DNA of 64,000 nt from Escherichia coli (lineage in GTDB: Bacteria; Pseudomonadota; Gammaproteobacteria; Enterobacterales; Enterobacteriaceae). The stretch lies in assembly GCF_016026235.1 (NCBI RefSeq), contig NZ_CP065613.1. The stretch is one strand, 5' to 3'. A program made the position numbers and the translations under genes. The notes beneath the pieces were generated by a model. That model was not told the origin of the DNA. It made no database searches and saw nothing but the letters and a program-made list of their open reading frames with translations. Positions 25,409 through 35,081 of this stretch are shown piece by piece; the stretch's first letter is position 1; every line of letters starts with the position of its first letter.

Positions 25409-26497
25409 ATGAATAACCGGGAAAAGGAGATCCTTGCAATTTTACGGCGTAACCCGCTGATTCAGCAGAACGAAATTGCGGACATGCTGCAAATCAGTCG
25501 TTCGCGCGTTGCGGCGCATATTATGGATTTAATGCGCAAAGGCCGGATTAAAGGCAAAGGTTACATTCTCACCGAGCAGGAATACTGCGTAGTGGTGGGG
25601 ACAATCAATATGGATATTCGCGGGATGGCGGATATCCATTACCCACAAGCGGCTTCTCATCCCGGTACAATTCATTGCTCGGCGGGCGGCGTGGGTCGCA
25701 ACATCGCCCACAATCTGGCGCTGTTAGGCCGTGACGTCCATTTGCTTTCAGTGATTGGCGATGACTTTTATGGCGAAATGCTCCTGGAAGAAACGCGCCG
25801 TGCCGGCGTGAATGTCTCCGGCTGCGTTCGTTTGCATGGTCAAAGCACATCGACGTATCTGGCAATTGCCAATCGAGACGATCAAACCGTGCTGGCGATT
25901 AACGATACCCATCTGCTGGAACAGTTGACACCGCAACTACTGAACGGGTCGCGCGATTTACTTCGTCATGCGGGCGTGGTACTGGCTGATTGCAACCTGA
26001 CAGCCGAGGCGCTGGAATGGGTCTTTACCCTCGCTGATGAAATCCCGGTGTTTGTCGATACCGTTTCAGAATTCAAAGCGGGCAAAATCAAACACTGGCT
26101 GGCGCATATTCACACCCTGAAACCCACTTTACCGGAGCTGGAAATTTTATGGGGACAGGCGATCACCAGCGATGCTGACCGTAATGCCGCAGTGAATGCA
26201 TTGCATCAGCAAGGTGTTCAGCAACTGTTTGTTTATTTGCCCGATGAGTCAGTTTATTGCAGCGAAAAGGATGGAGAACAATTTTTGCTGACCGCGCCAG
26301 CGCATACGACAGTAGACAGTTTTGGTGCTGACGATGGTTTTATGGCGGGCCTGGTATATAGCTTTCTTGAAGGATACAGTTTCCGCGACAGCGCCCGTTT
26401 TGCGGTAGCCTGCGCGGCAATTTCGCGCGCCAGCGGCAGCTTAAACAACCCTACCCTGTCTGCCGATAACGCGCTTTCATTAGTGCCAATGGTGTAA
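25409..26497 (+). CDS. yeiI: Uncharacterised HTH-fused PfkB-family carbohydrate/nucleoside kinase YeiI
   Basis: 362-aa ORF with N-terminal winged-HTH-like segment (EILAILRRNPLIQQNEIADMLQISRSRVAAHI) followed by a PfkB ribokinase-like domain (GGVGRNIA); ATG is 2 nt after the nfo stop. Confidence 0.85.
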   Translation: MNNREKEILAILRRNPLIQQNEIADMLQISRSRVAAHIMDLMRKGRIKGKGYILTEQEYCVVVGTINMDIRGMADIHYPQAASHPGTIHCSAGGVGRNIAHNLALLGRDVHLLSVIGDDFYGEMLLEETRRAGVNVSGCVRLHGQSTSTYLAIANRDDQTVLAINDTHLLEQLTPQLLNGSRDLLRHAGVVLADCNLTAEALEWVFTLADEIPVFVDTVSEFKAGKIKHWLAHIHTLKPTLPELEILWGQAITSDADRNAAVNALHQQGVQQLFVYLPDESVYCSEKDGEQFLLTAPAHTTVDSFGADDGFMAGLVYSFLEGYSFRDSARFAVACAAISRASGSLNNPTLSADNALSLVPMV

Positions 26498-26504
26498 CAA
26501 TGTT

Positions 26505-26538
26505 GCCGGATTCGACGCTTGACCGCATCTTATCCGGC
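26505..26538. repeat. REP-like palindrome downstream of nupX
   Basis: gccggattcgacgcttgaccgcatcttatccggc; closely resembles the unit after psuT (29696-29732). Confidence 0.55.
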
Positions 26539-26552
26539 TCATAAATTGCGCA

Positions 26553-27803
26553 CTACGCTAAACCAATAAAGAATCCTGCAATAGTAGCACTCATCAGGTT
26601 AGAAAGTGTCGCCGCCGCCAGCGCGCGTAAACCAAGTTGGGCGATTTCCGGCGCACGGTGTGGCGCAACCGCAGAAAACGCCCCCACCACCACCCCGATA
26701 GAACCAAAGTTAGCGAAACCGCACAACGCGAAAGAAATAATCGCCACGGTTTTAGCATCCAGAGTGCCACCCGTTTGCAGATATGGCGAGAAATTGAGAT
26801 AAGCGATAAATTCATTGATCGCCAGCTTCTGCCCAATCAAACTCTCGGCAAGATTTGCATCACTCCAGTCAACCCCCATCACCCACGCCAATGGGGCCAA
26901 CAGGTAACCTAAAATGGACTCCAGCGAGGCATGTGCAAAACCAAACCAGCCGCCAACGCCGCCGATAATACCATTAATTAACGCAATGATGGCGACAAAT
27001 GCCATAACAACTGTCGCTACACCGGCGGCGATTTTCAGCCCGGTCATTGCCCCTGTCGCAGCGGCTTCAATAATGCTTTTTGGCGGTGTTTCGGTGAAAG
27101 AGAGGTTATTAAAGGAAACCTGCGAAGATTCCGTAGCCGGGCTTAACAGGCGGGCAAACAAGATCCCGCCTGGGATCGCCATTAACGATGCCGCCAGCAA
27201 ATATTCCACAGGTACGCCCAGGGCGGCGTAACCAATCATTGTCGAACCAGCAATCGAGGCCATGCCACTACAAATCGCTGTAAATAATTCATTGCGATTC
27301 AGACGATCGATAAAGGGTTTGACGATCGCCGGAATTTCGTTTTGCCCGAGGAAAATGGTGGTGACCGCGACGAATGACTCAATCTTGCTGATATTTAATG
27401 CTTTCTGGAATATACCGCCGAGAATGCGAATTAAAATCCCCATCACACCGATGTAGTAGAGAATACTCACCAGTGCAGTGACGAAGATAATTACCGGTAA
27501 TACCCTGAAACCAAAGATAAATCCTGCGCCATCAAACAGCGTGTCCATTTTCGGCCCGACCAGCGAACCGAAGATAAATGCGCTACCCGCGTCGCTGTAC
27601 GCCATCACTTTATGCACGCCAAAAGCGACTTTTTCAGCGACCCAACACCCTGGCGGTAACCAAAGCATAATCCCGCCAATCACGACCTGTAACACTAACG
27701 CCGCGCCAACGGTACGCAGGCTGATCTTCTTCTTGTTTACTGACAGTAAAAACGCAATCGTCAGCAATACCACCATTCCCAGAACACTTCTCATGACATC
27801 CAT
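26553..27803 (-). CDS. nupX: Concentrative nucleoside transporter (CNT family) NupX
   Basis: 416-aa ORF; paralog of psuT in this window (most residues identical by eye). Confidence 0.9.
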   Translation of the reverse strand: MDVMRSVLGMVVLLTIAFLLSVNKKKISLRTVGAALVLQVVIGGIMLWLPPGCWVAEKVAFGVHKVMAYSDAGSAFIFGSLVGPKMDTLFDGAGFIFGFRVLPVIIFVTALVSILYYIGVMGILIRILGGIFQKALNISKIESFVAVTTIFLGQNEIPAIVKPFIDRLNRNELFTAICSGMASIAGSTMIGYAALGVPVEYLLAASLMAIPGGILFARLLSPATESSQVSFNNLSFTETPPKSIIEAAATGAMTGLKIAAGVATVVMAFVAIIALINGIIGGVGGWFGFAHASLESILGYLLAPLAWVMGVDWSDANLAESLIGQKLAINEFIAYLNFSPYLQTGGTLDAKTVAIISFALCGFANFGSIGVVVGAFSAVAPHRAPEIAQLGLRALAAATLSNLMSATIAGFFIGLA

Positions 27804-27902
27804 AGTTATTATCTCTTCATGTCATATTGGGCGACGGCTTTCTGCCCCTCAGAAATAGCCGGGCCTGCATCTTGCGATACTGACCCGGCTTGTTATCAAC
27901 AC

Positions 27903-28844
27903 TTAATGGGTTTTGATGTAGCCGCGCACGCACTCTTCGACTAAGCCCCAGAACCAGTCGGTATCAATAGTGATGCCGACTTTGGTATTAGCGGGCTTGC
28001 CAAGAACGCCCAGCTCGTCGCAGACGGTACGCCCATAGCAAGGGCCACTGTTGACGTCCACTTCGACGTACATCTCCTGGGTTTTAATGCCATCAGGGTT
28101 AATCAGATAACCGATGCAGGTGGCGTCGTGCACCGGGCCGCCAGCCAGGCCGTAGTTTTCGAACTGGGTTTTGAGAGTGAAGTTCATGATGTCGCTGAAC
28201 AGCTCTCCGGCAGGGCCGCCTGCCCTTTCCATTCGTGCAATCACGTCCGGGGTGCAAACGGTCTGGTTGGTAAGATCGAGGCCCATCATCACTAATGGAA
28301 CGCCAGAAGTGAACACCACGCGTGCGGCTTCCGGGTCAGCAAAGATGTTGAACTCGGCAGATGGCGTGAAGTTGCCTGTACCGTAAGCGCCGCCCATTAG
28401 CACAATTTCACGAATTTTAGGCAGGATCGCGGGTTGCATACGCATTGCCACCGCGATATTTGAAAGCGGACCAACCGGCACCAGAGTGATATCGCCATCG
28501 CTTGCCATCAGGGTATCAATGATGTATTTCACCGCGTGGGTACTTTCTGCCTGGCGGGTCAGCGGCTCGAATACCGGGCCATCCAGTCCGGTTTCACCGT
28601 GAATATTATCGGCAACGATTTGTTGACGCATAATGGGTTGCGGCATCCCCGCATAAACCGGAACATTAATCTCCAGTTTCTGGCAAACATTCAGGCCATT
28701 AATTAATGTTTTATCAAGCGTCTGATTACCCGCTACAATAGTGATGCCTAATAAATCTATTGCCGGATGTTTCGCTGCCATCATCATTGCAATAGCATCA
28801 TCATGACCCGGATCACAATCCAGAATAATTTTTCTCTTTTCCAT
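27903..28844 (-). CDS. rihB: Pyrimidine-specific ribonucleoside hydrolase
   Basis: 313-aa ORF with the nucleoside hydrolase N-terminal aspartate motif DCDPGHDDA. Confidence 0.9.
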   Translation of the reverse strand: MEKRKIILDCDPGHDDAIAMMMAAKHPAIDLLGITIVAGNQTLDKTLINGLNVCQKLEINVPVYAGMPQPIMRQQIVADNIHGETGLDGPVFEPLTRQAESTHAVKYIIDTLMASDGDITLVPVGPLSNIAVAMRMQPAILPKIREIVLMGGAYGTGNFTPSAEFNIFADPEAARVVFTSGVPLVMMGLDLTNQTVCTPDVIARMERAGGPAGELFSDIMNFTLKTQFENYGLAGGPVHDATCIGYLINPDGIKTQEMYVEVDVNSGPCYGRTVCDELGVLGKPANTKVGITIDTDWFWGLVEECVRGYIKTH

Positions 28845-29012
28845 TGTTTATTTCCTCTGTTTCCAGTTGCGTTATTTTTTCTACAGCAAAGAAAATTCGA
28901 CCGGGCCGATGATTGAATCTTAACAACAGCGTACGTATGCTAAATATGAGAAATCTCACAGCGGATAAACATCGTGAAAGAAATCCACAATAATGATCTT
29001 AAGCTGCAATTG

Positions 29013-29672
29013 ATGAGTGAATCCGCGTTTAAGGATTGCTTTTTAACGGATGTTTCAGCCGATACGCGGCTGTTTCATTTTTTAGCGCGTGACTACATTG
29101 TGCAGGAAGGGCAACAGCCGTCCTGGCTGTTTTACCTGACGCGAGGCCGCGCCAGGCTTTACGCCACGCTAGCTAATGGTCGCGTGTCGCTGATCGATTT
29201 CTTTGCCGCCCCCTGTTTTATTGGTGAGATTGAGTTAATCGATAAAGACCATGAACCGCGTGCGGTACAGGCTATTGAAGAGTGTTGGTGCCTTGCGCTC
29301 CCTATGAAACATTACCGTCCGCTGTTATTAAACGACACCCTATTTTTACGAAAACTTTGCGTCACCTTAAGTCATAAAAATTATCGTAATATTGTTTCTT
29401 TAACTCAGAATCAATCATTTCCGTTAGTGAATCGCCTGGCAGCATTTATATTACTCTCACAAGAAGGTGATCTTTATCACGAAAAGCATACGCAAGCGGC
29501 AGAGTATTTAGGCGTTTCTTATCGACATCTTTTATATGTTCTCGCGCAATTCATTCACGACGGTTTATTAATTAAAAGCAAGAAAGGATATCTAATTAAA
29601 AACAGAAAGCAGTTGTCAGGGCTGGCGCTGGAGATGGACCCGGAGAATAAATTCTCCGGGATGATGCAGTAA
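29013..29672 (+). CDS. yeiL: CRP/FNR-family transcriptional regulator YeiL
   Basis: ORF 28974..29672 (GTG); conserved start [11 protein letters not shown] at ATG 29013; cNMP-binding-like domain plus C-terminal HTH. Confidence 0.85.
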
Positions 29673-29695
29673 AAATTATTTGCAATAGCGCGATT

Positions 29696-29732
29696 GCCGG
29701 ATACAACGCTTGATGCGTTTTATCCGGTCTAC
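29696..29732. repeat. REP-like palindrome downstream of psuT
   Basis: gccggatacaacgcttgatgcgttttatccggtctac between convergent yeiL and psuT. Confidence 0.55.
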
Positions 29733-29742
29733 AAATTGAGCA

Positions 29743-30993
29743 TTACGCCAGACCAATAAAGAACCCGGCAATGGTCGCGCTCATCAGGTTGGAAAGCGTT
29801 GCTGCTGCCAGCGCCCGTAAACCAAGCTGAGCGATTTCCGGTGCACGTTTTGGCGAAATAGCCGAAAATGCGCCAACGACAACACCGATAGAACCAAAGT
29901 TAGCAAAACCACAAAGCGCAAAGGAGATAATCGCAATGGTTTTCACTTCCAGCGTGCCGCCCGTTTGCAGGTATGGGGAGAAACTCAGGTAAGCGACGAA
30001 TTCGTTAATCGCCAGTTTCTGCCCAATCAGGCTACCCGCAAGGTTGGCATCACTCCAGTCCACACCCATGATCCACGCCAGCGGTGCCAGCACATAGCCA
30101 AAAATACTTTCCAGAGAAGCATTGGTAAAACCAAACCAACCGCCAATTCCGCCGATAATGCCATTAATCAGCGCAATAATTGCGACAAACGCCATTACCA
30201 CCGTCGCCACACCGGCGGCGATTTTCAACCCGGTCATCGCACCGCTCGCCGCCGCTTCGATAAAGCTTTTTGGCGGCGTTTCACTGAACGACAGATTTTC
30301 AAATGTGACCTGCGAAGGCTCGGTTGCCGGACTAAGAATACGTGCAAACAAAATACCGCCGGGGATCGCCATCAGCGATGCCGCCAACAGGTAGTCAATT
30401 GGTACGCCCATTCCGGCATAACCAATCATCATCGAACCCGCAATGGACGCCATCCCGCTACAAATTGCGGTAAACAACTCGTTGCGATTCATGCGATCGA
30501 TAAACGGTTTAACGATCGCCGGGATCTCATTTTGCCCGAGGAAAATAGTAGTAACCGCAACAAAAGATTCGATTTTGCTGATGTTGAGGGCTTTCTGGAA
30601 AATGCTGCCAAGGATGCGAATCAGCAGCCCCATCACGCCAATGTAGTACAGCAGACTGATGAGCGCAGTGACGAAGATAATCGCCGGGAGTACGCGAAAG
30701 GCGAAGATAAAGCCTGCGCCATCAAACAGGACATCCATTTTCGGCCCAACCAGCGAACCAAAAATGAAGGCGCTACCGGCATCACTGTAAGACATCACTT
30801 TATGAACACCTAATGCCGCCTGTTCTACTGCCCATTTTCCCGGCGGAAAATAGAGCATGATGCCACCAATAGCGATTTGCAGCAGCAGTGCGGCTCCAAC
30901 CGTGCGCAAACTGATGCTCTTTTTATTTACCGACAACAGAAATGCTATTGCCAGTAACACCACCATCCCCACAACACTTCTCATTATATCCAT
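29743..30993 (-). CDS. psuT: Putative pseudouridine transporter (CNT family)
   Basis: 416-aa ORF; paralog of nupX. Confidence 0.9.
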   Translation of the reverse strand: MDIMRSVVGMVVLLAIAFLLSVNKKSISLRTVGAALLLQIAIGGIMLYFPPGKWAVEQAALGVHKVMSYSDAGSAFIFGSLVGPKMDVLFDGAGFIFAFRVLPAIIFVTALISLLYYIGVMGLLIRILGSIFQKALNISKIESFVAVTTIFLGQNEIPAIVKPFIDRMNRNELFTAICSGMASIAGSMMIGYAGMGVPIDYLLAASLMAIPGGILFARILSPATEPSQVTFENLSFSETPPKSFIEAAASGAMTGLKIAAGVATVVMAFVAIIALINGIIGGIGGWFGFTNASLESIFGYVLAPLAWIMGVDWSDANLAGSLIGQKLAINEFVAYLSFSPYLQTGGTLEVKTIAIISFALCGFANFGSIGVVVGAFSAISPKRAPEIAQLGLRALAAATLSNLMSATIAGFFIGLA

Positions 30994-31086
30994 AATGATT
31001 TTCCCTTCATGCCAGTAAACCCGGCGTCAGCGCCAGGTTTCGGTATGTATGATCAGTACGGGCGACGGCTTTCTGCCCGTCAGAAA

Positions 31087-32021
31087 TTAACCCGCGAGAC
31101 GCTGATATTCTTTGGCAATTTCGCTCGCCAGAATGGCGTTGTTGAACACCAGCTGGATGTTGGATTTCAGGCTGTCACCGCCGGTCAGCTCAGCAACGCG
31201 CGCCAGCAGGAATGGCGTACTTTCTTTACCAATAACACCCTGCGCTTCAGCTTCAGCTACCGCCTGATCGCCGCATTGATAGTGTGTTCCGGCATAGCAA
31301 ACTGTTCCGGGATCGGGTTCGCTACCACGAGGCCACCGTTCAGCCCGCTTTGCCATTTCACCGCCATTGCACGGGCAATTTCGCTGGCGCTGTCGAGACG
31401 AATGCTGACGTCAAACGGGCTGGTACGGCAGAAAAACGCAGGCAGCGCTTTAGTCTGATAGCCAATTAACGGCACACCGAAGGTTTCTAAATACTCAGTG
31501 GTTAATCCTAAATCGAGAATAGATTTCGCCCCGGCACAAACAACGGTGACATTAGTATTTGCCAGTTCTTGCAAATCGGCAGAAATATCGAAGGTATGTT
31601 CCGCCCCGCGATGAACACCACCAATTCCCCCGGTGGCAAATACTTTAATTCCGGCAAGCGCCGCAATAATCATCGTTGAAGCCACAGTGGTTGCGCCATT
31701 TTTTCCGGCGGCAACAACAAAAGGTAAATCGCGACGACTAACTTTGGTCACGTTATGCCCTTCACGACCCAGTAATTCAATTTCTTCTTTGCTTAAACCC
31801 ACTTTCATCACGCCACCAATAATGGCGATAGTGGCAGGTACTGCGCCCTGTTTACGAATAGTTTCTTCAACTTCAATTGCGGTCTGGGCATTTTGTGGGA
31901 ACGGCATCCCGTGAGAAATAATGGTCGATTCCAGCGCCACAACCGGTTTTTTGTTTTTTAAAGCGTCCTGCACTTCCGGGGAAATTTGTAATAATTCAGG
32001 GGAAATTTTTAATTCAGACAT
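31087..32021 (-). pseudogene. psuG: Pseudouridine-5'-phosphate glycosidase with a disrupted reading frame
   Basis: N-terminal 252 residues in ORF 31257..32021 (ends ...PEHTINAAIRR*); conserved C-terminal 60 residues DQAVAEAEAQG...EYQRLAG are in another frame (ORF 31087..31356). Frames meet at plus 31261-31274 cgcctgatcgccgc. Confidence 0.75.
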
Positions 32022-32950
32022 TCTGCGTTCTCCACTAACGATATAACGTTGGCAATCGATAAATCGGGGTTATTGGTGTATTCACAGGAGAGCGCCATTG
32101 ACGAACATCCCTGTGCGAAACGAACAGATTCGGCAAACGGCATTCCGTCTACCCAACACGAAGCAAGTCCCGCCATCATGGCATCGCCCGCTCCGGTAAC
32201 ATTAATAACATTGGTTTTGATCGAGGCAGACCAGCCACTTTCACCGCTGATTTCACTGTAATAAACGCCATCGCCGCCCATGCTCAATACCAATCGGTTC
32301 AGGCCATGTTGATGGAACCAGGCAGCAACTTTTGCCACATCTTCACGCCCTGACAGCGCAATCCCACTCAGTGTTTCCGCTTCAAGGCGGTTTGGCTTGA
32401 GAGTATGGATTTGACTTAATCGCTCGCGTACTTTGACGCATTTCCACGCGGAAACCGGATCGACAAATACGGGTACGTTGGCAGCATTATCCAGAATCCA
32501 TGCCAGTGCCTCTTCACTGATATTACAGTCCGCGACAATGACCTTTGCCCTCTGAATAAATTCACGGTGCTGTGCGAGATATTCAGCTGTAATAGCGTTG
32601 CTAATATTCATGTCATTTATAGCAACCAGCATTTCACCAGTATTATCGAGTAATGATAAATAGCTCGACGTATTTTCTCCCGGCACAATCAGGCATTTAT
32701 CGACATAAACGCCAGATTGATTGGTTTGCGTTAGCAGCGATTGGCCATAAAAATCACTGCCTACGGCGCTCAGTAGCCAGGCTTTATTACCCAGCAACGC
32801 CAGGTTTTGTGCAATATTGCGCCCTACCCCACCAGGCGTAAATTTTATTTTACCTGGATTTGAATCCGCATAATTTAATGATTCATGTGAATATCCGGCG
32901 ACATCAATATTCGCCGAGCCTATAATTACGACATAATCCTTTTCGCGCAT
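32009..32950 (-). CDS. psuK: Pseudouridine kinase (PfkB family)
   Basis: 313-aa ORF MREKDYVVIIGSANIDVAGY... with GGVGRNIA motif; overlaps the psuG start by 13 nt. Confidence 0.9.
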   Translation of the reverse strand: MREKDYVVIIGSANIDVAGYSHESLNYADSNPGKIKFTPGGVGRNIAQNLALLGNKAWLLSAVGSDFYGQSLLTQTNQSGVYVDKCLIVPGENTSSYLSLLDNTGEMLVAINDMNISNAITAEYLAQHREFIQRAKVIVADCNISEEALAWILDNAANVPVFVDPVSAWKCVKVRERLSQIHTLKPNRLEAETLSGIALSGREDVAKVAAWFHQHGLNRLVLSMGGDGVYYSEISGESGWSASIKTNVINVTGAGDAMMAGLASCWVDGMPFAESVRFAQGCSSMALSCEYTNNPDLSIANVISLVENAECLN

Positions 32951-33017
32951 AGCACGTCCTCTGGTAAAAAATTACCAACCCTGTCAATCCACAAGAATAT
33001 AGATACTGCAAAGACGG

Positions 33018-33053
33018 TTTAAACATGTGTTCATATTTAAACATGTGCTCATA
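33018..33053. repeat. Tandem 18-bp direct repeat upstream of psuK
   Basis: tttaaacatgtgttcata (33018-33035) immediately repeated as tttaaacatgtgctcata (33036-33053), 17/18 identical; a third gcatgt follows at 33058-33063. Confidence 0.6.
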
Positions 33054-33190
33054 GTATGCATGTTTTACGTAAAGTAAATTGCCGCCAGAGAGGCAAAGCG
33101 GGCAGATTTGAGCAGGCTCACAAAATGCGATTAAATGCCAGAATTACAAAAGCGAGGAATTTGTGACGGGATGCACAGAACATGAACACT

Positions 33191-33216
33191 AAAAAAGGGC
33201 AGAAAAGAATCTGCCC
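33191..33216 (-). terminator. Rho-independent terminator, probably ending the fruBKA transcript
   Basis: Minus strand GGGCAGA-ttcttt-TCTGCCC followed by TTTTTT (plus-strand A tract 33191-33196), about 160 nt past the fruA stop. Confidence 0.55.
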
Positions 33217-33373
33217 TTGAGGAAATAACCTTAGTGTTTGATGAACGTTTCAGGTTTCTACTGAAAGATAAAACCATTTAAATTCATAAAATTACATTCA
33301 CAAACCGGTCATTCTCTTTGCGCTCATCCAATGATACAGGGCAGTAAATTTCTGCCCTGTAACACACCTTTTA

Positions 33374-35065
33374 TTACGCGGCTTTCGCTACTGCGTCCAC
33401 TTCCGGACGTTTCAGGAAGGCATAGGCCAAACCCGCCACCAGCGTACCGGCAATAATTGCTACCAGGTAACCCAGTACCGGCGTAATAGCGCCAGGGATC
33501 AGCAGAACAAACAGACCACCGTGCGGTGCCATCAGTTTCGCACCAATCGCCATTGAGATTGCGCCAGTCAGCGCCCCACCAACGATACAACACGGCAGCA
33601 CACGCATCGGATCACGAGCAGCAAACGGAATTGCACCTTCCGAAATAAAGCACAGACCAAGAACCAGAGCGGCTTTGCCACCTTCCTGCTGCGCTTTGTC
33701 AAATTTGCGACGCGCCACCATTGTTGCCAGACCCATTGCCAGCGGTGGCACCATACCTGCTGCCATAATCGCCGCCATCGGGCCATAGGTTTGAGTACTC
33801 AGCAGACCCACACCGAATGCGTACGCTGCTTTATTTACCGGACCGCCCATGTCAGTACACATCATGCCACCGAGGATCGCCCCCAGCAGAACCGCATTCG
33901 CAGTCCCCATGGTCTGCAGCCAGTGAGTCAACCCTTCGAGAATGCCAGCAACCGGTTTACCGATCAGGTAGATCATCGCCAGACCGACCACCAGACTGGA
34001 AATTAGCGGAATGATCAGGATCGGTTTCAGCGCCTCCATACTCTGTGGCAGTTTCAGTTGCGTACTGATTAACTTCGCAATGTAACCAGCCAGGAAGCCC
34101 GCAATAATACCGCCAATGAAGCCAGAACCGGTGCTGACCGCCAGCATACCGCCAATCAGACCCGGCGTGAGACCCGGACGATCGGCAATGGAGAAGGCAA
34201 TGTAACCTGCCAGTACCGGCACCATCAGCGCAAAGGCTGAACCACCACCAATCTGCATCAGCGCCGCTGCCAACGTACCCGGCTCTTTAAACGCTTCGAT
34301 ACCAAAAGCAAAAGAAAGCGCGATACACAGACCACCTGCAACGACCATCGGCAGCATGTAAGAGACGCCCGTCAGCAAGTGACGGTATGCGCCTGCACTC
34401 TCTTTCTTACCTTCAGAGGTCGCCGTTTGAGCTTTGCCCACCGGTTCATACGGCGTTGCTTCAGCAACCGCTTTATCCAGTTCCTGCGCGGTTTTCTTCA
34501 GCGCCAGACCGGTAGAGGTACGATACATCGGTTTACCAGCAAATTTTGCCAGATCCACTTCGATATCTGCCGCCACAATCACCAGATCCGCTGCGACTAC
34601 TTCTTCGGGAGTGATTGCATTACCCGCGCCAACAGAACCACGGGTTTCAACTTTCACCCACCAGCCACGTTTTTTCGCTTCGGTTTCAATGGCTTCAGCC
34701 GCCATAAAGGTGTGTGCTACGCCAGTCGGGCAAGCAGTCACCGCAACTACGCGTTTCGGACCGCTGGCGGCAACCGGTGCTGTCGCAGCGACCGGCGCAG
34801 TGTAAGGTTTCGCATGGCCTTTGGCTTCACTCAGGAACAGCTCAGGGTGCGCAACTGCCCGGGAAATATCGCCCAGCCAGACATTTTTACCGTTCAGCGC
34901 GCTGTCATTCGGGATGGAATCACCGAGAACAATCGCCATTTCTGCGTCGTTCGGATTGTCGATGATTTCCAGTTTTGCTTTTCGCGCCGCCGCGCCCAGC
35001 AGGGTCTTCGCCATATAGGCGCGTGCCTGACCGAGATTAGCGTCAATAATCAGCAGCGTTTTCAT
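33374..35065 (-). CDS. fruA: PTS fructose-specific EIIB'BC component
   Basis: 563-aa ORF MKTLLIIDANLGQARAYMAKTLL... with EIIB cysteine (VTACPTGVAHT) and a polytopic EIIC domain. Confidence 0.95.
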   Translation of the reverse strand: MKTLLIIDANLGQARAYMAKTLLGAAARKAKLEIIDNPNDAEMAIVLGDSIPNDSALNGKNVWLGDISRAVAHPELFLSEAKGHAKPYTAPVAATAPVAASGPKRVVAVTACPTGVAHTFMAAEAIETEAKKRGWWVKVETRGSVGAGNAITPEEVVAADLVIVAADIEVDLAKFAGKPMYRTSTGLALKKTAQELDKAVAEATPYEPVGKAQTATSEGKKESAGAYRHLLTGVSYMLPMVVAGGLCIALSFAFGIEAFKEPGTLAAALMQIGGGSAFALMVPVLAGYIAFSIADRPGLTPGLIGGMLAVSTGSGFIGGIIAGFLAGYIAKLISTQLKLPQSMEALKPILIIPLISSLVVGLAMIYLIGKPVAGILEGLTHWLQTMGTANAVLLGAILGGMMCTDMGGPVNKAAYAFGVGLLSTQTYGPMAAIMAAGMVPPLAMGLATMVARRKFDKAQQEGGKAALVLGLCFISEGAIPFAARDPMRVLPCCIVGGALTGAISMAIGAKLMAPHGGLFVLLIPGAITPVLGYLVAIIAGTLVAGLAYAFLKRPEVDAVAKAA

Positions 35066-35081
35066 TATGCCTCTCCTGCTG

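Noticed and set aside
29965-30813. 282-aa ORF antisense to psuT (and similar antisense ORFs 23666..24268, 34379..35089, 13557..14036)
   Set aside because: All are embedded opposite strongly supported genes and have His/Arg/Cys-rich composition; no independent signals.
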